A DNA stretch of 43,531 nt from a virus (IMGVR_UViG_3300037756_000072:1-43531), one strand, 5' to 3'; shown: positions 26,559 to 35,324, counted from the stretch's first letter. Translations and numbers: made by a program. Notes: generated by a model from the letters alone, not told the origin.

Positions 26559-26828
26559 TTGGAGTTGGACGAAGAGGCACTCAAATGCGCGATGAACAAG
26601 GTGCTCGATGCGCGCCAGCGTATCAGCGACGAAAAGCACGATCTGCACCACGCGTGGGTCGAGCGCTGCATCGAGCGCGACCGCCGGCGCCGGGCGCTCT
26701 GGGACCGCGTGAGCGTGCACGTGCTCGGGTGGGGCGCGCTCGCCGCGATCATCGGGTTCGTGTCGCTGATCGGCGAGTCGCTGCTCGAGGCATTGCGTAA
26801 TCTGCTCAAGGCGAAGGGGGGGCCGTGA
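26559..26828 (+). CDS. Membrane protein of the lysis module (holin/antiholin-like)
   Basis: GGAGG plus TTG start; one C-terminal transmembrane segment; precedes the endolysin. Confidence 0.6.
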   Translation: MELDEEALKCAMNKVLDARQRISDEKHDLHHAWVERCIERDRRRRALWDRVSVHVLGWGALAAIIGFVSLIGESLLEALRNLLKAKGGP

Positions 26829-26925
26829 ACGTCGTCTACCTGAAAACCCTCGCGCACAGGCCGACGTGGAGGGGCGCTACAGCGTGGATCCGCACCACCC
26901 GCCTATTTTTTAGGAGATAGTGCCC

Positions 26926-27540
26926 ATGAGCTACCCGCTCGCAGTCAAGATGCATTTGCCCGCGTTTTGCTTCAGCGGTCGACAACGTCCGATCGCGGGC
27001 GCGACCGTGCACTATTTTTCGTGCATCTACGCGGATCCGGATCGGTGGGCGGATCCACGGCAGTGTTGGGAATTATTCCACGACCTGAATTGCCAACCGG
27101 CGGAACGCCGTTTTCGCATCTACAACGGACCGAAAGTGTATGCGTCGGCGGGGTACTTAATTGATCGCGACGGTATCGTGTACGAGCTCGCGCCGCCGGG
27201 CGCCAAAACCTGGCACGCCGGCGAATCGCTGTTCCGCGGCCGCGAAGACTGCAACAGTTTCATGGAAGGCATCGAGATGATCGCCGCCCCGCAAGTGGAT
27301 CCCGTGTTGTACGGTTACGTCGAGAAACAATATTGGTCGCTGGCCATGCTGCTGCGCTGGCTCATGCTCGAGCACCGGTTCCAGCCGCGCGACATCACGG
27401 GCCACGACGTCGTGCGCAAGGCCTGGCGCGACGCGCATCCGCAAAGCAATGCCGCGATTAAGACCGATCCGGGCACCTATGCGACGCCGCCCTGGTTCGA
27501 TTGGCCCAAGATTTTAACCTATACGGGTACGGGGGTGTAA
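26926..27540 (+). CDS. Endolysin, N-acetylmuramoyl-L-alanine amidase (Amidase_2/AmpD-like)
   Basis: VHY, ASAGYLIDRDG, TWHAG, N..GIE, ITGH and KTDPG motifs; AGGAG RBS. Confidence 0.92.
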   Translation: MSYPLAVKMHLPAFCFSGRQRPIAGATVHYFSCIYADPDRWADPRQCWELFHDLNCQPAERRFRIYNGPKVYASAGYLIDRDGIVYELAPPGAKTWHAGESLFRGREDCNSFMEGIEMIAAPQVDPVLYGYVEKQYWSLAMLLRWLMLEHRFQPRDITGHDVVRKAWRDAHPQSNAAIKTDPGTYATPPWFDWPKILTYTGTGV

Positions 27541-27542
27541 CC

Positions 27543-27932
27543 ATGGACAATCCGCTGTCGTGGTTGAAATTTTCCGACGCCGAGCTGATGGCGTTGCTGG
27601 GTATTTTCCTGAGCGGCTACGCCGCGACCGAAACCATCAAACGCTTGACGCGCCACCTGTTCAACCGCGCGGTGCTTGATCTGTGGCGGTCCGACATGAT
27701 TTGGGCTGTGTCTATCCTGGCCTCGACGATCGCGGCCGCCGCCGCCTGGCCGGATGTGTCCACCGTGCCGTGGTGGATCGTCGGGATCGGTGCCGGCGCG
27801 CTCAACAGCGTGGCCGTGAAGCTCGCCGCCGCGGCGCTGCACAAAATAGCGCCGGGGGCCTGTGCGGCGTTTACCGGCAACCGACGCCGGCGCGACGAAC
27901 CGCCGCCGGCGGGGATTGATCGGAGATCATGA
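27543..27932 (+). CDS. Putative holin
   Basis: Three hydrophobic segments and a charged C-terminus; lies between endolysin and spanins. Confidence 0.65.
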   Translation: MDNPLSWLKFSDAELMALLGIFLSGYAATETIKRLTRHLFNRAVLDLWRSDMIWAVSILASTIAAAAAWPDVSTVPWWIVGIGAGALNSVAVKLAAAALHKIAPGACAAFTGNRRRRDEPPPAGIDRRS

Positions 27933-27938
27933 CCCGTC

Positions 27939-28445
27939 ATGACCCGCATATACGTAATCATCGGCACTTTAGGGCTGCTTGTAGCGACCGCTTGGGTGAT
28001 TGATCGGTATGGATACCAGCGTGGCCAGATCGAGGAACGCGCGCAGTGGCAGGCGCGGGAATCGGCCGAGCTAGCCGACGCGAACCGATTGATCGATCAA
28101 CTACAGCGCGATGCGCGCGCCAAGGAGCGCGCACACGCCGACGCGCTGTCCGTGATTTCATCAAGCTACCAAAAGGAGCTCACCGATGCGAAACGCAAGC
28201 ACAACGCCGTTATGGATGATATTCGCGCTGGCCGTGTACGGTTGCGCGATCCCGCCGCCGGCGAAACAAGCTGTGCAGGTGGAACCGCCGCAGCTCCCCC
28301 CGCCGCCGGCGGACGTGATGGTCCCCCGGGAAGCGAACTTTCTCGATCGGCTGCTGAATTTCTTTTCGGCCTCGCCGCCGAAGCCGACGCCGTAGCGCAC
28401 CAGCTAGCGGCGTGTCAGGCCGTCGTGCGTCGCGATCGGGAGTGA
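27939..28445 (+). CDS. Rz: i-spanin (Rz)
   Basis: N-terminal TM, coiled coil, G-x-VRLR, RDG..ELS...EAD...QL-x-ACQ motifs. Confidence 0.9.
   Translation: MTRIYVIIGTLGLLVATAWVIDRYGYQRGQIEERAQWQARESAELADANRLIDQLQRDARAKERAHADALSVISSSYQKELTDAKRKHNAVMDDIRAGRVRLRDPAAGETSCAGGTAAAPPAAGGRDGPPGSELSRSAAEFLFGLAAEADAVAHQLAACQAVVRRDRE
28186..28395 (+). CDS. Rz1: o-spanin lipoprotein (Rz1) embedded in Rz
   Basis: +1 frame inside Rz; lipobox AVYGC; Pro-rich mature part. Confidence 0.85.
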   Translation: MRNASTTPLWMIFALAVYGCAIPPPAKQAVQVEPPQLPPPPADVMVPREANFLDRLLNFFSASPPKPTP

Positions 28446-28447
28446 CC

Positions 28448-28696
28448 ATGCCCTCATGCCGCTCGCTGTACGTCCCGCGCGACGATGCGCCCGCGCACCT
28501 GCGAAAGCCCGGGACATGGAAGCCGCTGAAGACCGACAAGAGCATGAGCGCGAGCTTCACGTGCCCGAAATGCGGACAGTATGGCGCGCTCGACGGGCAC
28601 GGGATTCACACGAGCGGCTCGGTATGGCTGAGCGTCGTCTGCCCAGCGGATTGCGGCTTTCACGGGTTCATCGAGCTTGAGGGTTGGCCGCCGTGA
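28448..28696 (+). CDS. Small Cys/His zinc-binding protein
   Basis: CPKCG...SVVC..CGFHGFI pattern. Confidence 0.6.
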   Translation: MPSCRSLYVPRDDAPAHLRKPGTWKPLKTDKSMSASFTCPKCGQYGALDGHGIHTSGSVWLSVVCPADCGFHGFIELEGWPP

Positions 28697-28721
28697 TTCT
28701 CGGCGGCGCGACGCGGGCGGG

Positions 28722-29036
28722 CTAGTTCAGGGCCTCCGCGATCGCGCGCAGCTGTGCCGGCGAGAGTGCGCCGGCCTTCACGCCGTTGTGCTCCAGCACG
28801 TAGCCGATGCACTCGCGCAGCATGTAGGCGCGCGCGTCGCGGTCCGGCTCGCGCTCGAGCGTGAGCCATTCGTACAGCCGCCCCTGCTGGTGGCTGGTGC
28901 CGAGGTCCTCGTTCAGCTTGCGCAGCACCTCGGCCTTCGTCTGCCCGGGCGTGCTCTGCTGCGACTCGAGCCAGCTGCGCGCCAAGCTCGGCGGGTACTT
29001 GCTCCGGGCCTTGTTGCGGTTCGGGTGGTTCGTCAT
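28722..29036 (-). CDS. Putative HTH DNA-binding protein
   Basis: MTNHPNR start, RLYEW...REP HTH-like segment, GAGG RBS. Confidence 0.6.
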   Translation of the reverse strand: MTNHPNRNKARSKYPPSLARSWLESQQSTPGQTKAEVLRKLNEDLGTSHQQGRLYEWLTLEREPDRDARAYMLRECIGYVLEHNGVKAGALSPAQLRAIAEALN

Positions 29037-29077
29037 GGTGTCCTCGTCGGCTTCGCCGCCCATAAGTGGTAACACTG

Positions 29078-29368
29078 CTAAACGTCCGCATGTTCCGCCC
29101 CCTTCTCCTCGGTGAGGATCTGCTTGAGCGCCGCCCGGGCGCCGTCGGTGATGCCGACCCGGCGCCCGAACGCGAGCAGCCGCCGGCAGGCGCGCGCGAG
29201 CGGGTAGCGCTCGCCCCTGTAGAGCGCCGGCGTGAGGTTTGCCTCTTGGTCGTGCGTCAGGCGCTGTAGGCGCACGGGCTGGTCGAGCGTTACCGCGTGC
29301 ACCCACTTCCGACCCTCTTTGAAAATGATAAAGATATTATTGTGGTGGTTTTTCATTACGGCGGTCAT
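29078..29368 (-). CDS. Hypothetical protein
   Basis: AGGAG RBS; first gene after the 29431-29459 promoter. Confidence 0.65.
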   Translation of the reverse strand: MTAVMKNHHNNIFIIFKEGRKWVHAVTLDQPVRLQRLTHDQEANLTPALYRGERYPLARACRRLLAFGRRVGITDGARAALKQILTEEKGAEHADV

Positions 29369-29430
29369 GGTTTGATCTCCTGCCCCTGCAACCCCGAGGC
29401 GCGGGTGTAAGGTGACGCCTTACAATTCAT

Positions 29431-29483
29431 ACGATAGTCCCTAATAGGGACTACTGCAAGGGATTAGTCCCTAAGCGGGACTA
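29431..29483 (-). promoter_or_regulatory. Leftward sigma70 promoter with two palindromic operators
   Basis: TTGCAG-17-TATCGT; operators TAGTCCCTAATAGGGACTA (29435-53) and TAGTCCCTAAGCGGGACTA (29465-83). Confidence 0.8.
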
Positions 29484-29738
29484 CTTTCCGACGAGCGGCA
29501 GCGGAGCGCTACCCTGGGGGCGTGGGTGGTGTGTGGCGGGGGGCTTTTTAGTGGAGGTTTTCCGGCTCCCAGATCTCGAGGCCTTTTGTGGCTTTGCGCC
29601 CGCTTGGCGGTACTTGAACTCGGCGAAACCGGTTGGCGTAGGCACAGGGATGACTAGGCAGCTCGTGCCCTCGGTAACGTGGAACCTTCGACCGTCTGCG
29701 GGGCCGCCGGCTAGGACGACTTCCTGTGTGGCTTTCAT
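29481..29738 (-). CDS. Hypothetical protein
   Basis: LAGGPADG motif; ATGA overlap with the upstream gene. Confidence 0.55.
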   Translation of the reverse strand: MKATQEVVLAGGPADGRRFHVTEGTSCLVIPVPTPTGFAEFKYRQAGAKPQKASRSGSRKTSTKKPPATHHPRPQGSAPLPLVGK

Positions 29739-29917
29739 GACGGCGGCGTGAGCTTGTGCCGCCGGCAAAGCGCGTCTTCGATCAGTGCCGCGCGCGACTC
29801 GGGGCGCGTGTCGAGCCAGTCGATCAGCCAGCGCGGGAGCTTGAGGCCGATCGGCACCTTGCGCAGCCGCTCCGGCGCCGCCGGGCGGCCCGCGCCTTCG
29901 CGTTTGCCGCCGCGCAT
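29735..29917 (-). CDS. Small ribbon-helix-helix-like DNA-binding protein
   Basis: RGGKREGAGRP followed by a beta-strand/helix/helix pattern (IGLKLPRWLIDWLD...SRAALIEDAL). Confidence 0.7.
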   Translation of the reverse strand: MRGGKREGAGRPAAPERLRKVPIGLKLPRWLIDWLDTRPESRAALIEDALCRRHKLTPPS

Positions 29918-30102
29918 CAGTACCCGCCACGCCCGCGGCGGTGATGGTTCGCGAAGCGCTCGGCGAAATGCACCAAGTCGTGGATCGCGCGCGTGCGCGT
30001 GGCTTCGTCGCGCGGCGATTGCGGCGCGCGCTCGATCAGATCGGCCAAGTGCCGCACCCGGCGCACCGCACGGAGGTAGCTGTCCTGGCGCAGCGCGCTC
30101 AC
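29917..30102 (-). CDS. Hypothetical protein
   Basis: GTGA overlap with the upstream stop; stop abuts the next start. Confidence 0.5.
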   Translation of the reverse strand: MSALRQDSYLRAVRRVRHLADLIERAPQSPRDEATRTRAIHDLVHFAERFANHHRRGRGGY

Positions 30103-30269
30103 TGCTTGCGCGGGCGCGGAATGAAAATCCGCTCGCCGTCTTCCGTGACGTGGTAGTCCTCCTCGAGGATTTCCTGCCCGGCGTCGTAGGCGTCGGCGCT
30201 GTCGGACGGCACCTGTCCGCTGCCGTCGCACTCCGCGCATGGGCCGATATAGCCGTGCTTGCATGTCAT
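30099..30269 (-). CDS. Small Cys-containing hypothetical protein
   Basis: GGAGG RBS; CKH..CAECDGSG. Confidence 0.6.
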   Translation of the reverse strand: MTCKHGYIGPCAECDGSGQVPSDSADAYDAGQEILEEDYHVTEDGERIFIPRPRKQ

Positions 30270-30516
30270 GTTCGATCCTCCGAGTTGAGTTGGTAGGCCC
30301 ACCGTCAGAGCCGCCCCAGGTGGAGCGGCTCGGGCTGTGGGGCTACTCGTTTTTCGCCGGCACCGACCGCAGGTGCTCCGGCACCAGTTCCAGCACTTCC
30401 GGCGGTGCCATGAGATCTCCGCCCTCGGGGTTGGTTGGTCCCGCGGCGCTCCTGGCCGGGATCAGGCCCCGGATGATCCGCTCCGGGGTACGGTGTAGGT
30501 GACTACCTACGATTAC

Positions 30517-30544
30517 AGTATATACCTATATATAGGGCGCGCAA
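30517..30544 (-). promoter_or_regulatory. Leftward sigma70 promoter with palindromic spacer
   Basis: TTGCGC-16-TATACT with CCTATATATAGG palindrome (30525-36) in the spacer. Confidence 0.65.
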
Positions 30545-30602
30545 TGGGATCGCCCGACTTTCCGACGAACGGTATATACGTTAATCAATCGGGGGGGCTG
30601 AA

Positions 30603-32255
30603 TCAGGCCGCTTTCCGTGGAATTCGGAGGTTATACCTTATATCCTGCGCGCCGGCGCCGGGCCGATTCGAGCGACTGGAGCGGACCCCCGCTACCCCTG
30701 GGCGAATCGCTGGCCGCTGGTAACTAACGGCGGCCAGGATTCCCGCGTAGACGCCGCTCAGCTCGGCGATCACGTCTCCCCCCCCGTCCCGGTCCGGCAC
30801 GAGCCGGATTTCCCCCAGCAGTCCCTTGAGCGCGGCGCGCGCCTCGTCGCGTACGCGCCGGAGGTTGCGCTCGATCTCGAATACGGCCCGGCGGATGCGC
30901 TCGAGCGCGCGCGGGACGGCTTCGGGCGGGAGCGGCGCGGCGGCTTGCGCGAGCTCGGCGCGCGCACGTTCGCGCGCGGCCTCGGCGGCCGCCAGGCGCT
31001 CCTTGAGCGCCGGCGAGATCCCAGCGGCGGCGATGGCGTCGACCAGGTTCGCGACCTGGCGGTCGAGCGCGACCAGGCGTTCGCGCGTGGCCCGGTCCGC
31101 GCCGGCGGCCGTGCGCCGCCGCTCGCGCAGATCGTCGTGGATCAGCTCGAGCAATCGACGCTCGGCCGCGGCCGACAATAGATCGCGTCGGATGAAATTG
31201 AGCAGCGTCTGCTCGAGCGCGCGGCGGTTGACGCGCACGCCGTCGCACACGCTCGGGCCGCGATCCTTGCGGGCGGCGCAGCCGTACTGGTATTTCGACA
31301 CGGCGACGACGGCGCCGCCGCAGCGCCCGCACCGGAGCAGCCCCGAGAACGCCGCGCGCGGGGCGCGCGTCGGTTCGCCCGGCTTGCGGGCGCCGATGCG
31401 CGCGCGCGCGGCGTGCCACAGCGCGTCGGGCACGATGCGCAGGTGCGGCAGGTCGACCTCGCGCCACTCGGCGCGCGGGCGCTCGATGCGCCGGCGCCGG
31501 CCGGTGTCCGGGTCCTTGAGCCACTGGCTGCGGTTCCAGACGTAGAGGCCGCGGTAGACGGTGTTGTTGAGGATCCCGCAGCCCTTGTTGGGCGAGCCGT
31601 AGATCGCGGAGAACGCCCAGGTGCCGCCGCGCGGCGCCGGCACGCGCCGGTGGTTCAGCTCCGCGGCGATCGCGCGCGCCGAGACGCCGGCGGCCGAGCG
31701 CGCGTAAATGTGGCGCACCCAGATCGCTTTTTCCTCGTCGACCTCCAGGCGCCGGCCGCCCTCGGCGGCGACCGAGCGGTAGCCGTACGGCAGGCCGCCG
31801 GCGTTCAGGCGGCGCGCGACCAGGCCGTCGAGGCCGCGGTGCACTTTGTCGCGCAGGTCGTCCAGGTAAATTTCGTTGATGAGCCCGCGCATGCCGCGGT
31901 GGAGCTTGCGCGCCTTGGAGGTTGAGTCGTAGCCGTCCGACACGCCGATCAGGCGGATGCCGCGGAACTCGAGCCGGCGCACGATCCGCTCCTGCTCGGC
32001 GGCGTCGCGCGTGAGGCGGTCGAGGCCCTCGAGCAGGAGCACGTCGAAGCGGGCGGCCAGAGCGTCGGCGAGCATCCGCGCGCCGTCCGGGCGTTGCGCG
32101 ACCGGCACGGTGCCGGAGATCGCGTGGTCGCGGTAGGTGGCGACGACCGGCCAGCCCTCGCGCTGCGCGCGCGCGGCGCACACGCGGATCTGGTCGTCGC
32201 AGGAGGTGTCGCGCTGTTTGTCCGAGGAGAAGCGAGAGAGGATGGCGGCGCGCAT
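30603..32255 (-). CDS. int: Large serine recombinase (integrase)
   Basis: R-F-SS-x-x-Q catalytic motif, DHAISG, LDRLTRD, PYGY, recombinase domain, Zn-ribbon LLRCGRCG...YGC...C, coiled coil. Confidence 0.95.
   Translation of the reverse strand: MRAAILSRFSSDKQRDTSCDDQIRVCAARAQREGWPVVATYRDHAISGTVPVAQRPDGARMLADALAARFDVLLLEGLDRLTRDAAEQERIVRRLEFRGIRLIGVSDGYDSTSKARKLHRGMRGLINEIYLDDLRDKVHRGLDGLVARRLNAGGLPYGYRSVAAEGGRRLEVDEEKAIWVRHIYARSAAGVSARAIAAELNHRRVPAPRGGTWAFSAIYGSPNKGCGILNNTVYRGLYVWNRSQWLKDPDTGRRRRIERPRAEWREVDLPHLRIVPDALWHAARARIGARKPGEPTRAPRAAFSGLLRCGRCGGAVVAVSKYQYGCAARKDRGPSVCDGVRVNRRALEQTLLNFIRRDLLSAAAERRLLELIHDDLRERRRTAAGADRATRERLVALDRQVANLVDAIAAAGISPALKERLAAAEAARERARAELAQAAAPLPPEAVPRALERIRRAVFEIERNLRRVRDEARAALKGLLGEIRLVPDRDGGGDVIAELSGVYAGILAAVSYQRPAIRPGVAGVRSSRSNRPGAGAQDIRYNLRIPRKAA
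30664..30709. other. Candidate attP inside the 3' end of the integrase gene
   Basis: Two nested inverted repeats share the centre 30686/30687: CGATTCG/CGAATCG and AGCGG/CCGCT. Confidence 0.55.
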
Positions 32256-32533
32256 TAGTCCTTTGGTTTGGGCGAGTGGTGCACGACTTGAAGGCGTGGT
32301 GCGGGCTGCGGGGGTTGACCAGTGCCGCGTAGAACGCGCTCGATGTAGCGTCGGGGGATGCACCAGCGGTCGCTCAGCTCCTCGGCGGCGATCATGAATG
32401 GTCCGTCGCGCCCAAAAATCTTGTGTGCGAGTGCGACGCGACGCGACGCGTCTGGGATGTCGGCAATCGCCATGCAGACGTCGCGCACGCGGACGAAACC
32501 GAATCGAAGGGCAATGCGGTCGATGAGGTTCAT
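32255..32533 (-). CDS. Hypothetical protein
   Basis: Overlaps both neighbours. Confidence 0.6.
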   Translation of the reverse strand: MNLIDRIALRFGFVRVRDVCMAIADIPDASRRVALAHKIFGRDGPFMIAAEELSDRWCIPRRYIERVLRGTGQPPQPAPRLQVVHHSPKPKD

Positions 32534-32742
32534 GGGATTTGCCGATTATTCCGGCCTTTGGCCGGTGGATCAAGCGGCGCGCCGGAAGCCTTTGATTTCT
32601 CGGCCTTGCCGGCGCGCGCGGCCGCGAGCTCGGCCTCGTAGTCATCAACGATCAGGCGCGCGAGCAGGCGCAGGAGCGGCTCGTGCGCCGGGCTGAGTTC
32701 GTCCGGATCCGGCCGCGGTGCGCTGTGGTGCGGGCGGCTCAT
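32530..32742 (-). CDS. Small protein near the integrase (possible directionality factor)
   Basis: LLRLLARLIV helix; ATGA overlaps; role inferred from position only. Confidence 0.5.
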   Translation of the reverse strand: MSRPHHSAPRPDPDELSPAHEPLLRLLARLIVDDYEAELAAARAGKAEKSKASGAPLDPPAKGRNNRQIP

Positions 32743-33161
32743 CGCGCGAGCAGCTCCCGCAGGATGGTGCAGGCCTCGTCGTAGGGCGCGGCGGAGGACT
32801 CGAGCAGCTCGGCGGCGCGCTTTAAGCGCGCATAGACCGGCTGGCGGCGCTGTTCATCCCATCGGAACAGCGCGTCGGTGGGGACGATGGAGTGACAGAC
32901 GTTGCACTCGGCGACCTCGCGTTCCTCGCCGCTGTCGCCGTCGGTTTGGTTGTAGACGTCGCACGGCACGCCGTCGTTGCCGCAGACCGGGCAGGGCGGC
33001 AGATCGTCGTCGGGATTTCGCCGCAAGAACTTCGGCACGTCGAGCAGGTCCTCGGCCGGCGCCGCGGCCTTGAGCAGCCCGCTCGTCGTGTCGCAGCGCG
33101 GGCAGGGGCCGAGGGCGGGATCGTAGCCCTGCTGGCAGCTGTCGCAGATGACGCCGCTCAT
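32739..33161 (-). CDS. Multi-CxxC zinc-finger protein
   Basis: Four CxxC pairs plus LDVPKFLRR. Confidence 0.65.
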   Translation of the reverse strand: MSGVICDSCQQGYDPALGPCPRCDTTSGLLKAAAPAEDLLDVPKFLRRNPDDDLPPCPVCGNDGVPCDVYNQTDGDSGEEREVAECNVCHSIVPTDALFRWDEQRRQPVYARLKRAAELLESSAAPYDEACTILRELLAR

Positions 33162-33306
33162 GCCGGTACCTCTTTGACGCGGTAAGGGGCGCGCTGGAGG
33201 CGCGCCAAGTGCGCGCCTTCGCCAGTCTTGAGCCTACTGCCGTCTACCCTTTGACCGAGTTGCACGCCGATCTCGGCCCGGCAATCGCCTGCGATGCTCC
33301 GGGATT

Positions 33307-33486
33307 TTATCGCAGGGTCCGTGTCCACGGGATTCGCATCAGTTGATTGAGCAGCTTTGCGCGGGCAGTTTGCACTCCTCTGCGCTCGCATTGATAGCAT
33401 ACGTCGGAGCCCGTGCTAAAGCCGCTTGCGTACTTGTTCTTGGAGCACCCGCGGCAGAATCTCGTTTTTTGCTTGGCGGCGGTCAC
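33307..33486 (-). CDS. Small zinc-finger protein
   Basis: CRGC...CYQC; GTGA overlap. Confidence 0.5.
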   Translation of the reverse strand: MTAAKQKTRFCRGCSKNKYASGFSTGSDVCYQCERRGVQTARAKLLNQLMRIPWTRTLR

Positions 33487-33740
33487 CCGAACACCTGGCG
33501 CAGGGCTGCTAAATATAAAGCGTTGGCCTCGAGGTAGCGGTATTTGGCGATCATGCACCGAGTGCAATCTGGCGTGATCCTCCGATCGGTGGGATAGCGC
33601 ATCAATATGCATCCACCGACGACGCTCACGACTGTGATCGAGCACCGCCGCGCCTGGGCCACGTGTTCATGCAGTGCCCCGACCAGCGATTCATACAATG
33701 GCGCCAGCACCCGGGCGTCGATGCGTCGATCCGTGGTCAT
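33483..33740 (-). CDS. Hypothetical protein
   Basis: GAGG RBS; begins just after the SLT stop. Confidence 0.5.
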   Translation of the reverse strand: MTTDRRIDARVLAPLYESLVGALHEHVAQARRCSITVVSVVGGCILMRYPTDRRITPDCTRCMIAKYRYLEANALYLAALRQVFG

Positions 33741-33741
33741 T

Positions 33742-34413
33742 TCAACGCCTCGCGAGCGCGTCATACACCGCGAGCACCTTGGCTGGATATCGTGGATCGT
33801 AATTGCCGTTGTAGCGGCGCAAGGCCAGGGCGGTGTCGTCTCCGGTTTGGTCCAGCAGCCAGCGCAAATATTTCGCGCCGTGGTAGACGTTCGGCTCGAT
33901 TTGATACGCCCGGTGCCACGGCAGGCCGAGGTCGGCTGCGGTGGATTTAACGATCTGCGCCAAGCCGCGGGCCCGGGTGTGGCTTTCGGCGCGCGGGTCG
34001 AATCCGCTTTCGGCCTGGACCAGGGCGACGAACAGCAGGGGATCGACGTCGTGCGCCTCGCAGGCATCGAGGATGGCATCGGCAATGCGCCGCGCGGGCC
34101 GCCGTGGTGCGGCAGCGCGGATGTAGGCGATGATTTTGCGGCGGAGCACAGTGCGTTTCAGCGTCGCGACTTCGAGTTTTAATTCCGCGACGCGCTTTTG
34201 TTCGGCCGCGAGCGTGCGGATTAACTCGTACGTGATGCCGCGTTGCCAATTCAGGTGGTCGATGTGGCGATACTGTCCGACCACCATGAGGCTCGCGACG
34301 GCGGCCAGGACGTGCACCCCGGCTACATAGCGCGCGCGGAGCCGTCGGGAACGCTCGATCGTTTCGAAGTCCAGCCTGTGCGGGTTCCTCTCGATCGCGG
34401 ATTTGTCACCCAT
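33742..34413 (-). CDS. Membrane-anchored lytic transglycosylase (SLT domain)
   Basis: VDPLL..ALVQAESGF (catalytic Glu), ARGLAQI, NV..GAKYL, ALRRYNG; N-terminal TM and coiled coil. Confidence 0.9.
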   Translation of the reverse strand: MGDKSAIERNPHRLDFETIERSRRLRARYVAGVHVLAAVASLMVVGQYRHIDHLNWQRGITYELIRTLAAEQKRVAELKLEVATLKRTVLRRKIIAYIRAAAPRRPARRIADAILDACEAHDVDPLLFVALVQAESGFDPRAESHTRARGLAQIVKSTAADLGLPWHRAYQIEPNVYHGAKYLRWLLDQTGDDTALALRRYNGNYDPRYPAKVLAVYDALARR

Positions 34414-34423
34414 AGCCGGGTCC

Positions 34424-34690
34424 CTATGGCAGGTGCAGCAGCGCGCGGATCGCCATCGCGCCGGTCTGCGCCAATTCGGTTTTCAGATGTTCGAGGTCGC
34501 CGCCCGAGTAGGTGCAATCGATGGCGGCTTGCATCGCCTCGCCGACTTCTTCGGTGATGATGCCGACGGCGTGGATGGTGTCGTCGGGCCAGTGCGGGTG
34601 CTTCGCTTCGGCCTTGCGCAGCTCCTCGAAGACGCGCTCGATCGCGCGTTCGCCGTGGGTCGCGAGCGTCTTGCCAGCGGTCTGAGTCAT
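34424..34690 (-). CDS. MazG-like nucleotide pyrophosphohydrolase
   Basis: ITEEVGEAMQA...ELAQ all-alpha NTP-PPase motif. Confidence 0.72.
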   Translation of the reverse strand: MTQTAGKTLATHGERAIERVFEELRKAEAKHPHWPDDTIHAVGIITEEVGEAMQAAIDCTYSGGDLEHLKTELAQTGAMAIRALLHLP

Positions 34691-34950
34691 GTTTTGCGCT
34701 CCGGTTTACGGTGCAGGTGGCGGAAGCACCACATGGATAGGACGATGCCGAGCGGGCCGCCTGCGAGGAAGGCGGCGATCTCGGTGGGCGAGGCCTGCGG
34801 CGCGAGCTTGTAGAGGGTGAGGTTGCAGGCGCCGATGATGAAAGAGTTCGCGAACGCGGCGGCGTAGCGGCCGTTATTGACGAGCAGACTTTGCGCGCCG
34901 AGGGCGAACACGACGAGGAAGGTGGAGCCGAAGAGGGCGACGAGGGTCAT
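34687..34950 (-). CDS. Small three-TM membrane protein
   Basis: Three hydrophobic segments; GGPLG. Confidence 0.7.
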   Translation of the reverse strand: MTLVALFGSTFLVVFALGAQSLLVNNGRYAAAFANSFIIGACNLTLYKLAPQASPTEIAAFLAGGPLGIVLSMWCFRHLHRKPERKT

Positions 34951-35324
34951 GCTTTAACGCAAGCTGGATTCGAGCAGATCGTTTTTTCGACGTCCGTCCA
35001 GGTGCAGCCGCCCGGGCAGCCGCTGTCCTCGGTGCACAGGCACACGTGGCAGTAGGGGCGGCCGTCGCGATAGGCGTGCATCGCGCGGGCGCACTGCAAG
35101 GCCTCGCGGATCTTCTCCGGATCCGGCGGGCCCTTCGCGGCGGCCGCCTTGAGCAGCTTGGCCAGGAATTCGCGCGCGGCCTCGGTACAGCCGGCGCGCG
35201 CCGCCGCCCACAGGCAGACCAGGTGGGGCGCGAGCTCGTCGCGTGCGCGCATCGTGAACAACGGCTCGTGCGGCTCGGCGCGTGCGTGGCCGTCGTAGTT
35301 GCCGGGATAGGCTTTGGTGGCTAT
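34947..35324 (-). CDS. Conserved-looking phage protein with an apparent ATA start
   Basis: TK..PG.YD....EP.EP.F...ARD..AP.LV..WA motif plus a C-terminal Cys cluster; GAGGAG 8 nt upstream of the ATA. Confidence 0.55.
   Translation of the reverse strand: MATKAYPGNYDGHARAEPHEPLFTMRARDELAPHLVCLWAAARAGCTEAAREFLAKLLKAAAAKGPPDPEKIREALQCARAMHAYRDGRPYCHVCLCTEDSGCPGGCTWTDVEKTICSNPACVKA

Noticed and set aside
32256-32648. N-terminal extension of the integrase ORF (681 aa)
   Set aside because: Overlaps two plausible genes; the catalytic domain begins at ATG 32255.
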